This document shows, in pieces, positions 52,201 to 64,000 of a stretch of 64,000 nt of DNA (the stretch's first letter is position 1; every line of letters starts with the position of its first letter). The stretch comes from Macrostomum lignano (lineage: Eukaryota), in the NCBI GenBank assembly GCA_002269645.1, contig NIVC01001395.1:62001-126000 (forward strand). The letters are read 5' to 3'. A model generated the notes under the pieces. It was not told the origin of the DNA and searched no databases. It saw only the letters and a program-made list of their open reading frames with translations. The position numbers and the translations under genes are program-made.

Positions 52201-55200
52201 CAAGCATCCTCTAAAACTAACTATTGGCAAAATCCTCAAAGTGCAGCTTTGCAGCGATTCCCAAACGGAACTGCAGACAGCCGTTGTGCCTCAGCTGTTG
52301 GAAATCTGTCCAAATCTCTGCATCTGTTTGCAGCATCGCTCTCGCCCGATTCCTACGCTGGTTTCTCTTGCATTGCACGACGCTCCTACAAGCTATAAAG
52401 ATATAGAACACTATTCCAAAGTTTGGCTAGGATTGCTGAGAATGGAGTCGGCCAATGCCTGCATCTCGGATGAGAATGTTTTCGTGATTCATCATGTACC
52501 ACTGACGCTGCACTGGAATGACCGGCGCAAGAAGCATCGAGCTTTTGCTCTCTTCAGCCTGTCTGAGCACTTTTGCGAAAGACGAGGCATCTCGTTTGCT
52601 CAAGTTGAAGTCAAATCGTCGGAAGAGAATGAGCAAATCTCCGATGAGCGACTGCTCATTGAGGCCGATAATCGCAAGGTTTCATCCGACTATGCGTGCA
52701 TTCGAATTCCGGAAACAAGGTGTAATAACATCATAGTACTTCATGGAAGCGTTGCTCTTGTGTACAAGACTGGAGATATGTTCAAAGTGATTGTCTATTT
52801 GGACGGCAAGTGTGACGAGTTCGCTGAGCCAACTGGAGGCTATAAGAACGTCACAACAGCAACCGTTGAAGTGATCAAAAAGCCGATGCCTCTGCTCAGA
52901 GAAGAGCTAACCATTGCTAATTTGGATGAGACCGTAAATGATCAACTAAGCCGTAATCTTGATGATAATATCATCATGTCGTTGATATTTTGGAGTAAGA
53001 ATAGCATCAAGAGAGGTATGCTATATTTTCTTAAAATTTGGAAATTAATAACTACGAGTAAATGAATTCCCATAAAATCACAGTCAATTCTAATACTCGT
53101 ACTAATAAATTTTAGTGTCGAGAAACTCTGGTGACTATTTTCGATACCTCCAAGACTATTCGGTGAGGTCATTTGCCGTAAAAGTTCTTGTCGAATCTGA
53201 CACAAATAGTGTACCTACGAGAAGAGTTCAAGCAATTGCTTGCAACACGAGCCAGTCCAGGGCGATCAGCAACTCCTTGAGGTTTCCTATCTCCCTAATT
53301 TGGGGACCGCCTGGTAAGCGTTCAATCTATACGTATTTTCATGTGAGTGGGCTTATGCTTATTCTTTACTTTTTTTCTCCGTTCACACTGTACGTAAAAA
53401 TGACTCTTCAAATTATCGATCTCTCTGCCAAAAAAGCCTTCATTTATACCCCAGTGTTTGAGCTAAATTAAATCTAAAGGCTGAAGTTCTGTCTGCGGAC
53501 CCCTGGCCCTTTCTTTATCTTATCTTAGTCACAGTCGACTATCGTTTTATCGTATATGGCGCCCGTGCAAAAATTGCAATAAGCAAGTCTAAGCTATTGC
53601 GGCCTGAAATAGCCAGTTCAGTGCAGCTGCACTGAATCTCACTCGTTGCGAAATCTCGTCAACTATTTTGTACTGCACTGGTCTCTGTCTCTACGTCGTA
53701 CGATGTTGGCTTGCAGTGACGGCCAGTCATCTGGGTAGTTTTGTTTATTGTTGTAACTTTTTTTTCCTTTTTGCAAATCTCGTTAACATTCATTGATAGC
53801 TTATAAGCAAAGTTTATTAATTATTCGTTAAATAATCCAGTATGTTTTAATTTTTGGACTGGCAGTCTTCAAGTTCTCAGTGACGGGAGTTCTTGGCTTT
53901 AGAAGCGCCTCCCAATTCAAGCTGTCGTGGTTCTCAGTGAAGACGAGCTATCTTCAGCAATCAGGAAGCGTGCAGATATACGCACAGTGATCAAGAAGGC
54001 TGACAAAACTTCTCTTTGTGGATATTGGTGGAGATGTCGATCGTGCTCAAGCGGATTCGATTGTGCAAATTCGGAATCCGCAGATCAAGCTCTCCAAGAT
54101 GCAGATGCACATTCACGGGGGAGGTTGTTAATTTCGCCTTGTCAGACCTTTTGGAATCCGCTTGACTTCCCCATTAATCGCAACTCTAACCTATCAGATA
54201 TAGAAAAGTTCAATTATCTAGTCAGCTCTCTACTTCAGTCAAGACCAAGCAGACGTCTAATGAAACAGATTGCGGATCATCTAGAATCCCGATTGAGACC
54301 AAAAATATCGGATATTGTCATTTAAGGACTTCGAGATAGGCATTTTGCCAACGAGAAAGCAGCAGACCTTTGATGTATTCGTGCAGTAGTCCTCCGGAGT
54401 ACTTTGTAACTCTGGTGAACGCTCCGAATTTCATTTCGACATCCTAAGGCAACAGGACCACTAGATTCACGAAAGACTTCGTCGTGTACGATGTGATAGA
54501 AGAAATCTGATTCAGTATCCAAATAGGAGTATGTCCGTTGCGTGAGTCACACAGATTGGCGAGATCCAAGCCGGATATATACAGGTATGCTCAAATTCAT
54601 TGGCCCTCACAGATTGCTGTTGTTGACAAATGTCTCAGTCATGTTCGCCTGGAGTACAACTGTCTCAAAGGAATCGAGATTGCGCAACGAAAACTTTGCA
54701 CAGCCAGATTGGATGCTTGTGTTGAGACAATACGCTCGTAGAAGGTAGAGACGATCATAACTGTTCAGTCGCTTCCACACAAGAAACCATTGCCGCACAA
54801 ACATCCAGTCGAATGTAAATCCGATAACTTGCGGTGTCGAGAAGGACGCGGACCATTATTTCTCTGCGACCGTCGGCGCTTAAAAGAATAGCTTTGGCAA
54901 CTGGTAGTGCTACTGAGGAATTCCCAGCGATAAAAAATGACGTGATGAGCGGAAATACTACCAACTATGACGACTAGGTCTTTGTTGCAGCGCAATGCAA
55001 ATATGAGGATGAAGAAGTCGAACGAGATGCTAATGTCTTCATAGATTCAACCCTAAAGCCGTTATTTTTTGTCCTCTTCCATGACTTTTCGAATTATTTA
55101 GGCTAACTATATTCTTGACAAACTCTCGCCTAAGTTTTTGTAAAAGAAAAGGGTCGTTCTCTGATTTATGATAAACTTCTTGGTTGTAACTAAGTTACGC

Positions 55201-58200
55201 GTCATTGTTTGTCATTTTTTCACTTATGTGCTCAACGTTTCAACGTTCTTTTTCCATGCACATGTACAGAAAGTAACCTCTTTAGTCTCAGATATCAATC
55301 GATTTTATCATTATCTGATTTATCACAGGCACCGGCAAGACACTCACTGGAGTTCTCATAGCTTACTGGTTCTCAAGGATCAATCGCTGGATGGATAACG
55401 GATCTCCGATTCATTCAGATGACGACGATACTTTGATCGACGACTCGGATTCGGAAATCGTTAAGATCGACTTTCCAGATATGAATAAACTAAGAAGTGA
55501 CTATCGCGGTTACGGCTACACCCGTCCTAAAGATGCGGCCTCCACCACCAAGGTGGGAAAAGAATATCTGCAAGTCAAAACTCGTCGACAAGTCTTGTAC
55601 TGCGGACCGTCGAACCGCTCTGTGGATGTTGTTGTCGAGTACCTGCTGGATAAGCTGGGTAACAAGTGCCCGAAAGTTATTCGGGTCTTCAGTAAACATT
55701 TTGAAGACGCTCAGTATCCCACACCGTTCTACAAGCCGGACACGACGAGACGACCAACTGAAGTGACGTGCAGCGACAGAGTACGCGACGTGTCGCTTCA
55801 CGAGCTTATTCGCAAATCCGGTAGTCAAAGTGCGAGGTTGATTCGAGACTTCGACGCGGTCTTTGTGTCTTTTAAATACCGCGTGAAAGGGCATGAAAGG
55901 CGGGACGCGCCATCAATGGTCACTTTTCTAACAGAGCAGGCTGATCGCAGTCCCGAGTTTTGTCAGTTTCTAACCAAAAACAGTGACCAAATGCCAGCCA
56001 TATCACTGCTGGCTGAAAATAGAGATGAAAACGCCAACTTTTTCGACAGCCTAAAGGGTCTGGTCAACCTTTACGATGAATTAGTGCGAGTTGAAAAAAT
56101 TAAAGCCCTCCAAGAAGCTGATATCGTTCTTTGCACAACTAGCAGCAGTGCCAACGGTCTGATGCAGAAAGCGTGCAAATTCACCCAGATTATAATCGAC
56201 GAAGCTGGCATGTGCACCCAACCGCAGGTGCTGGTGCCGCTGGTTGGCAAAGCGGAAGCGATACTGCCGCTGGGATCGCCTCTGATGCTGCTGTCAAACA
56301 AGGGAGGGTCCGAGTTGAGGCCGGCATCGAGCTACGCTGAACGGCTGGTCCTACTGGGCGACCACAAACAGTTGCGTCCGATCGTGCAGTGCCGAACTGC
56401 CAGTCGGATGGGATTCAACATGTCATTTATGGAGGCGCATCAAAAGGACTCTGTCATGCTCGAGGAGCAGTATCGTATGGTACGTGAACTTTTCGGGTCG
56501 TGAATAGGGATATTCTGGACGCAAACCTAAAAACGAAGCTTATATGTAGACTGGCAGCATTTGAAGTTGTTGGAGTACACCAGAAGTCAAGCAATTTGCC
56601 TATTTTTTCTATAGAATTTTCACCTATTTAAACTCTTTGCAGCATCCCAGTCTCGCTGACTTCCCGGCCATCGAGTTCTACAACAGCAAACTCATCACTC
56701 GCCCGTCGCCGTCGTGGACAGGCGTGGATCCGGACGTTGATTTGGCCAATCCGACTGAGCGCAACAAGTGGAACGGCTTGAACGTTCGCCTGCTACAGGG
56801 CCGCATGTTCGACAATCCGAGAGAGCCGTCGAAACCGGGGGTCCTGACCAGCGAGTGCGTCAATATATTCCACGGACAATGGCCGGGCCTTCGCACCCAG
56901 GAGAGCTGTCGCAGGCAGGGTCACGTGTATAGAACGCTGCCAAACAAAGTGGCCAAGCCGGCCAGTGTAGGACCGGAAGGAGAGGAGGACCGGCTGGTGT
57001 TTCTGCATCGCGAAGGCGAAGAGGAGCTCAGCAGTGCGGACAGCGACGAAGGTGGCGAATTTTCGCGCTGCAATCGGCTGGAGGTTGAAACTGCGGTAAG
57101 TCTTGCTATGAAGTTATGAACTGTGCCCCTGATTGCAGAGTGTATTTCATTGACCTTGTTTTACGAGCTAGTAACCAGCCAAAAATGCAGACAAATATAC
57201 ATTTGGCAGCATTTAGAACACCGCCATTAAATCAGAGTGTGAGCAGTTGTTATTAACAAACAAGTCTTTTCTTGATAAACAGGTGCAAGTTTACGAAGAG
57301 ATCTACTCGCGCTTAATCGGAGTTCGCAGAGCCAATCCAGCCTCATCTGTAGCCATCATCTCGCAGTATCGGTACCAGGTGTTTGCGATCTCAACTAGGA
57401 TTCGTCAGGTCCAATTGCCGATGCCAACAGTGAAAACGGTTATCGCCTGTCAGGGCAGCGAGTTTGACTACGTTATCCTCTCGCTGGTTCGGTCGTGTCC
57501 CAGATTCCTGATACCGAGAACCAGTGTGCTGAGCTGGGAGCTCAAGTTTCTCGGCTTCATTACGGACGAAAACCAGATCAACGTGGCTCTTACAAGAGCG
57601 AGGCGTGGCCTCTTCATTATCGGTTGGTTCTCATCAGAATATTTACTGGCTTTGCAGGCTTTACCTGCAGTGTAGCCAAGAGTTTGGTGCCCCTAGTATT
57701 GGCGCCCCTGGTGCTAAAGCCCCTGGTGCTAAAGCCCCTGATGCTAAATCCCGTGGTGCTAAAGCCTCTGGTGCTAAAGCCCCTGATGCTAAAACCCGGG
57801 GTGCTAAAGCCCCTGGTGCTAAAGCCCCTGATGCTAAAGCCCCTTGGTTCTAAAGCCCCTTGGTGCTAAAGCCCCTGATGCTAAAACCCGGGGTGCTAAA
57901 GCCCCTGGTGCTAAAGCCCCTGATGCTAAAGCCCCTTGGTTCTAAAGCCCCTTGGTGCTAAAGCCCCTAGTGCTAAAGCCCCCTGATGTTAAAGCCCCTG
58001 GTGCTAAAGCCCCTTGGTGCTAAATCCCCTGGTGCTGGCGCCCCTGGTGCTAAAGCCCCTGGTGCTAAAGCCCCTGGTGCTAAAGCCCCTGGTGCTAAAG
58101 CCCCTGGTGCTAAAGCCCCTGATGCTAAATCCCGTGGTGCTAAAGCCCCTGGTGCTAAAGCCCCTGATGCTAAAACCCGTGGTGCTAAAGCCTCTGGTGC

Positions 58201-61200
58201 TAAAGCCCCTGATGCTAAAGCCCCTTGGTTCTAAAGCCCCTTGGTGCTGGCGCCCCTGGTGCTAAAGCCCCCTGGTGCTAAAGCCCCTGATGCTAAAGCC
58301 CCTGGTGCTAAAGCCCCTTGGTGCTAAATCCCCTGGTGCTGGCGCCCCTGGTGCTAAAGCCCCCTGGTGCTAAAGCCCCCTGGTGCTAAAGCCCCCTGGT
58401 GCTAAAGCCCCCTGGTGCTAAAGCCCCTGATGCTAAAGCCCCTGGTGCTAAAGCCCCTTGGTGCTAAATCCCCTGGTGCTGGCGCCCCTGGTGCTGGCGC
58501 CCCCTGGTGCTAAAGCCCCCTGGTGCTAAAGCCCCCTGGTGCTAAAGCCCCTGATGCTAAAGCCCCTGGTGCTAAAGCCCCTTGGTGCTAAATCCCCTGG
58601 TGCTGGCGCCCCTGGTGCTGGCGCCCCTGGTGCTGGCGCCCCTGGTGCTAAAGCCCCTGGTGCTGTCGCCCCTGGTGCTAAAGCCTCTGGTGCTGGCGCC
58701 CCTGGTGCTGGCGCCCCTGGTGCTGGCGCCCTTGGTGCTGGCGCCCCTGGTGCTGGCGCCCCTGGTGCTGGCGCCCCTGGTGCTGGCGCCCCTGGTGCTG
58801 GCGCCCCTGGTGCTGGCGCCCCTGGTGCTGGCGCCCCTGGTGCTGGCGCCCCTGGTGCTGGCGCCCCTGGTGCTGGCGCCCCTGGTGCTGGCGCCCCTGG
58901 TGCTGGCGCCCCTGGTGCTAAAGCCTCTGGTGCTAAAGCCCCTGGTGCTGGCGCCCCTGGTGCTAAAGCCTCTGGTGCTAAAGCCCCTGGTGCTGGCGCC
59001 CCTGGTGCTAAAGCCTCTGGTGCTGGCGCCCCTGGTGCTAAAGCCTCTGGTGCTAAAGCCCCTGGTGCTGGCGCCCCTGGTGCTAAAGCCTCTGGTGCTA
59101 AAGCCTCTGGTGCTAAAGCCCCTGGTGCTAAAGCCCCTGATGCTAAATCCCGTGGTGCTAAAGCCCCTGGTGCTAAAGCCCCTGATGCTAAAACCCGTGG
59201 TGCTAAAGCCCCTGGTGCTAAAGCCCCTGATGCTAAAGCCCCTTGGTTCTAAAGCCCCTTGGTGCTAAAGCCCCTGGTGCTAAAGCCCCTGGTGCTAAAG
59301 CCCCCTGGTGCTAAAGCCCCTGATGCTAAAGCCCCTGGTGCTAAAGCCCCTTGGTGCTAAATCCCCTGGTGCTGGCGCCCCTGGTGCTAAAGCCTCTGGT
59401 GCTAAAGCCCCTGGTGCTGTCGCCCCTGGTGCTAAAGCCTCTGGTGCTGGCGCCCCTGGTGCTGGCGCCCCTGGTGCTGGCGCCCCTGGTGCTGGCGCCC
59501 CTGGTGCTGGCGCCCCTGGTGCTGGCGCCCCTGGTGCTGGCGCCCCTGGTGCTGGCGCCCCTGGTGCTGGCGCCCCTGGTGCTGGCGCCCCTGGTGCTGG
59601 CGCCCCTGGTGCTGGCGCCCCTGGTGCTGGCGCCCCTGGTGCTGGCGCCCCTGGTGCTAAAGCCTCTGGTGTTAAAGCCCCTGGTGCTGGCGCCCCTGGT
59701 GCTGGCGCCCCTGGTGCTGGCGCCCCTGGTGCTGGCGCCCCTGGTGCTGGCGCCCCTGGTGCTAAAGCCTCTGGTGTTAAAGCCCCTGGTGCTGGCGCCC
59801 CTGGTGCTAAAGCCTCTGGTGCTGGCGCCCCTGGTGCTGGCGCCCCTGGTGCTAAAGCCTCTGGTGCTAAAGCCCCTGGTGCTGGCGCCCCTGGTGCTAA
59901 AGCCTCTGGTGCTAAGGCCTCTGGTGCTAAAGCCCCTGGTGCTAAAGCCCCTGGTGCTAAAGCCTCTTGGTTCTAAAGCCCCTGGTGCTAAAGCCCCTTG
60001 GTGCTAAAGCCTCTGGTGCTAAAGCCTCTGGTGCTGGCGCCCCTGGTGCTGGCGCCCCTGGTGCTAAAGCCCCTTGGTGCTAAAGCCTCTGGTGCTAAAG
60101 CCTCTGGTGCTGGCGCCCCTGGTGCTGGCGCCCCTGGTGCTGGCGCCTCTGGTCCTAAAGCCCCCATGAAAAATCCTTATTACGAGCTACACCCGTGGAT
60201 TTCACCAGAGTTTATTCAGAAACTGTACAGCAGTATTTTTCAAGCAATTTTATTATTCATATATTCTAGTTGTTTAGCTAGACACAGGACAAACATTTCC
60301 CAGAAAGGGTTGACAAAAAAGTGTCAGATCTGTCACAGGTAGCAGCTAACCTTAACCTCCCCCAGTGTGAGTGCATCGCATGGCAGTCTTATAAAGCTTT
60401 TAGCGCTGAGCAATTGTCAAATAGTTCTCACAGCCCTTGGCTAAATTTTTCTAATAGCTTGCAGTCCCAATAGGCGGCATAATTTTTTCTATAGCTTAAA
60501 CAGAAGGGGTTGCAAATTGACTGACTGGTCAAGTCTCTAAATGCAACCCTACGCTCAGTTACTGAAGTCAGTCCAGCCAATACGAAAAATAAGGGTAGGG
60601 TACGAAGAATTGGCATTCAATGCGCCAATGGACTATATTGAATATACTGAATACGATATGGTCATGTGATTTCGCCATTTAGTTGCTTATAACTCGTCAA
60701 GGCTTTGATTGTGCTGAGCGGGAAGGGAGGCACTCACACTGATGCTGCCTAGGCATGTCTCCAGAAAAAAACACTGCCATAATGCCCTCGCCCCAGGTCC
60801 CCCGGTCGCTGGCCCTCACCACCGAGCGGCTTCTCCAGTCTGCTACAATCCTTATTTTTATGGCTGCATAATGGCCATTGTCCCACAACCAGCGCTGAGG
60901 AAATTATGCCAATTCCGCTGACTCCTAGGCCCACAATTGAGCGCGGCAATGCTGTACACAGGCACAGCACAAGCTCAGAAAATGGCGCCACAATCTCAAA
61001 TAAAATGGCGCCACACCCTCCATTGAAATGGCGCCACAACTTAAGCTGAAATTGCGCCCCACCTCTAGTTGAAATGGCGCCAGAACCTCAACTGAAATGG
61101 CGCCACAACCTCTACTGAAATGGCGCCACAACCTCTACCAAAATGGCGCCACAACCTCAACTGAAATGGCGCCACAACCTCACTTGAATTGGCGCCACAA

Positions 61201-63027
61201 CCTCAACTGAAATGGCACCAGAACCTCAAATAAATTGGCGCCAGACCCTAAAATGAAATGGCGCCACAACCTCCAATAAATTGGCGCCACAACCTCAAAT
61301 AAAGAGGCGCCACACACTCAAATTAAATAGCGCCACACACTCAAATTAAATGGCGCCACACACTCAAATTAGAAAGCGCCACACACTCAAATTAGAAAGC
61401 GCCACACACTCAACTTAAATGGCGCCACAACGTCAAATAAAATGGCGTCAAAACCTCAGCTAATTTGGCGCCACAACCTCAACTGTGATGGTGCCACAAC
61501 CCGAATTGAAATGGCGCCACAACCTCAACTGAAATGGCGCCACAAACTCTAATTTAATAGCGCCACACCCTCCATTGGAATGGCGCCACAACCTCTGCTG
61601 AAATGACGCCACAACCTCAACTGAATTGGCGGCACAACTCCAAATAAAATAGCGCCACACACTCAAAGCAAAAAGGTGTTAATAGGTAACTAAGATTGCT
61701 GAATATCTGTGAGTTTGAGTTACGGAGACTTAGCTTTATCTAAGTACATGTACACTTAAAAATGTCATTTAAAGGTTAGCAGTCGTAGGGAATTTTCTCC
61801 CCAATCGCTCAATAATAAGTAGCTTATTGACGTACAACAAGTAGAATACTTGAGCAGCACTGCATTTCAACACACCATTGGAATTGGAACTTATTGAGTA
61901 GCTTAAATTGAAATTCAAAGCAATTTTTTATGCTTTAATAACTACAGAAGGTGAAGTTTCAATTTGCGAATGTAACGATTTCTCTCCGTTTCTCGTGAGG
62001 TTTTAAACTCCACTTACAGTTTTAGCTACCCTGGATGTCTGCAGGTCTTATGCATTTACCGGTGTAGTCCTGGGTCGGAGCCCCCTGTCGTTTGTTCCAT
62101 GCCTGTGCTATCTGCTTTGAGTGAAAGAGTGGCGCCTCATAGGCTAAAAGACTGGCGCCCCATAGGCTGAAAGACTGGCGCCCCATAGACAGAAAGAGTG
62201 GCGCCCCATAGGCTGAAAGACTGGCGCCCTATAAGCTGAAAGACTGGCGCCTCATAAGCTTGAAAAGTGGCGCCCCATAAGCTGAACGAGTGGCGCCCCA
62301 TAGGTTGAAAGAGTGGCGCCTCATAAGCTGAACGAGTGGCGCCCCATAGGTTGAAAGAGTGGCGCCTCATAAGCTGAACGAGTGGCGCCCCATAGGTTGA
62401 AAGAGTGGCGCCTCATAAGCTGAACGAGTGGCGCCCCATAGGTTGAAAGAGTGGCGCCTCATAAGCTGAACGAGTGGCGCCCCATAGGTTGAAAGAGTGG
62501 CGCCTCATAAGCTGAACGAGTGGCGCCCCATATTTTGAAAGAGTGGCGCCTCATAAGCTGATCGAGTGGCACCCCATAGGTTGAAAGAGTGGCGCCCCAT
62601 AGGCTGCAAGAGTAGCGCCTCATAGGCTGCAAAAAGTGGCGCGTACTTTTGCTTCTCTCTCTGCGTCGCTATAAAATCGGAAAAGAAATTTAAAAGCTTC
62701 GTTCATATCCTCAACGTCTACTACAAGTAGCCTGTATGAGAATTTTTCGTTCAATTAATTAACGTAGGAAACAGTCACCTGCTGCAAGTGAACGAAATGT
62801 GGAAGCGTCTGCTGAAGCGTCTGGATGGTCGCGGATGCATTTTGAAATCGAAGGCGTCGTTTCCCTTCGGTGGTGAATCAAAGCAGGCTCCCTGGTTTCA
62901 TCCGGATTCTGCGGAGGCGAAAGCGGCGAGGGCCAACAGAGAGTTGGAGAGCGACTCCGATCGTGAGGCCAGCTCTGACGATAGCCCTGCCGGTGGAGAT
63001 GAAGATAGCGATTGTAGTGACTATTGA
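49295..63027 (+). CDS. HELZ2-like protein: RNB (RNase II/R) domain plus UPF1-like SF1 helicase (exons 49295-53015, 53116-53313, 55329-56479, 56643-57095, 57283-57622, 62768-63027; 2040 aa)
   Basis: RNB motifs VTIDEETTRMFDDALSL, IGVHVTD, VEEFILKAN and FTSPLWRYTD. Helicase motifs GPPG|TGKT, CGPSNRSVD, IIDEAG, GDHKQL, QYRM|HP, QGSEFDYVILSLVRS and NVALTRARRGLFIIG|N. Exons total 6123 nt with consistent phases. Confidence 0.9.
53900..54990. pseudogene. Degraded BEL/Pao LTR-retrotransposon remnants in HELZ2-like intron 2
   Basis: + strand FWNPL..NSNLSDIEKFNYLVSSL (DUF1759-like gag); - strand VRVLLDTASYR (aspartic protease-like) and GPVA segments; PBS-like TGGCGCCCG near 53557. Confidence 0.6.
57690..60166. 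repeat. 15-bp minisatellite (GGTGCTAAAGCCCCT / GGTGCTGGCGCCCCT) in HELZ2-like intron 5
   Basis: Tandem units with frequent 1-nt indels; lies between the donor at 57623 and the acceptor at 62767. Confidence 0.95.
60980..61665. repeat. Degenerate ~23-bp minisatellite (AAATGGCGCCACAACCTCAACTG)n
   Basis: Direct observation. Confidence 0.88.
62128..62640. repeat. 23-bp minisatellite with alternating variants (GAGTGGCGCCCCATAGGTTGAAA / GAGTGGCGCCTCATAAGCTGAAC)
   Basis: Direct observation. Confidence 0.9.
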
Positions 63028-63529
63028 CCAGCTCTGGCTTATTTGGATGGGTAAGAGGAAGAGAGAGTAGATAGAGAGGGACACAGGTAGAGGCAGAGGT
63101 AGAGAGGGAGAGAGGTAGGTAGAGAGGGAGAGAGGTAGGTAGAGAGGGAGAGAGGTAGGTAGAGAGGGAGAGAGAGAGAGAGAGAGAAATGTGCAGAACA
63201 CTTGTATTTAATTTTAGCAGACTTAAATATGTTATCTCTAATTTACATTCTAATTGTTTAAAATAAAGTAAACAATAAATCTGTTAATTTGATATTTTCG
63301 TTTTTGCGTTTAGTTTGCGTGGTTTGTGCGCATTTTGCCGTGCAAAAACTGTGTATTGTAGCCAATATCATCCACTTTTTATCGGATTTTTTATCTTCTC
63401 ACGTGATAAAAAATCCCACGTGACTGACGCAGCATGGTCTAGCAACAAAAAAATTCTTCAATACCGACGTAAAATTTGATGCACCTAGCAACCGTTTATG
63501 AGCAAGACTGAAGCGCATAACAACCAAAT

Positions 63530-63882
63530 TCGTTGCCTTAGCAACGAACTTAGCGCCATTAGCAACCAACTTAGAGCCATTAGCAACCAACTTAGCGCCA
63601 TTAGCAACCATATTAGCGCCATTAACAACCAAATTAGCACCGTTAGCAACCATATTAGCGTCATTAGCAACGAACTTAGCGCCATTAGCAACCAACTTAG
63701 CACCATTAGCAACCATATCAGCGCCATTAGACACCATATTAGCGCCATTAATAACCATATCAGCGCTATTAGCAACCAAATTAGCGCCATTAGCAACCAA
63801 CTTAGCACCATTAGCAACCAAATTAGCGCCATTAGCAACCAAATTAGCGCCATTAGCAACCATATTAGCGTCATTAGCAACC
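63530..63882. repeat. 21-bp minisatellite (TTAGCGCCATTAGCAACCAAA)n
   Basis: Direct observation. Confidence 0.9.
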
Positions 63883-64000
63883 TAATTTGCGCAATCGGAA
63901 AATTTTAGGAGCAAAATCTAGACTTTGCATATAAGTATATGGCACTTTGCTTATAAGTCTAGATTTTGCTCCTGGAATTTTCCGATTGCGCAAATTGGGT
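63881..64000. mobile_element. Foldback MITE-like hairpin
   Basis: Inverted arms of about 42 bp: AATTTGCGCAATCGGAAAATT..AATCTAGACTT / AAGTCTAGATT..TTTTCCGATTGCGCAAATT. Confidence 0.7.

Noticed and set aside
57690-60166. Elastin- or silk-like (GAGAP/GAKAP)n protein
   Set aside because: Frequent 1-nt indels break the frame, there is no signal peptide or own splice sites, and the array lies in the phase-consistent HELZ2-like intron 5.

Overview
This is a repeat-rich, intron-containing animal genomic window; the gene and repeat style suggests an invertebrate, possibly a flatworm (inference, not established). Five host genes can be reconstructed, all on the + strand, with phase-consistent splice junctions: (1) an orphan secreted, strongly Arg/Lys-rich coiled-coil protein (1686-3823, probable further exon near 10.3-10.5 kb); (2) a neuropeptide precursor with 11 copies of [L/P]FRNSFGAGDF (23120-23716); (3) a 5-exon Gfo/Idh/MocA myo-inositol 2-dehydrogenase-like gene with a GC-AG intron (27000-31064); (4) PEX6 (38678-41870); (5) a 6-exon HELZ2-like RNB exoribonuclease plus UPF1-like helicase with altered RNB active-site residues (49295-63027). 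Mobile DNA includes: a full-length RNase H-bearing LINE with a 15-bp TSD that duplicates a splice donor; two related LINE fragments; a Penelope-like GIY-YIG remnant with a minimal hammerhead ribozyme; two tRNA-derived SINE families; a complete but decayed mariner; a four-level nest of DNA transposons; several MITEs; and BEL/Pao remnants. Many introns and intergenic gaps are filled with different mini- or microsatellites, which produce most of the long ORFs in the supplied track. All calls are by eye; no database searches were run.
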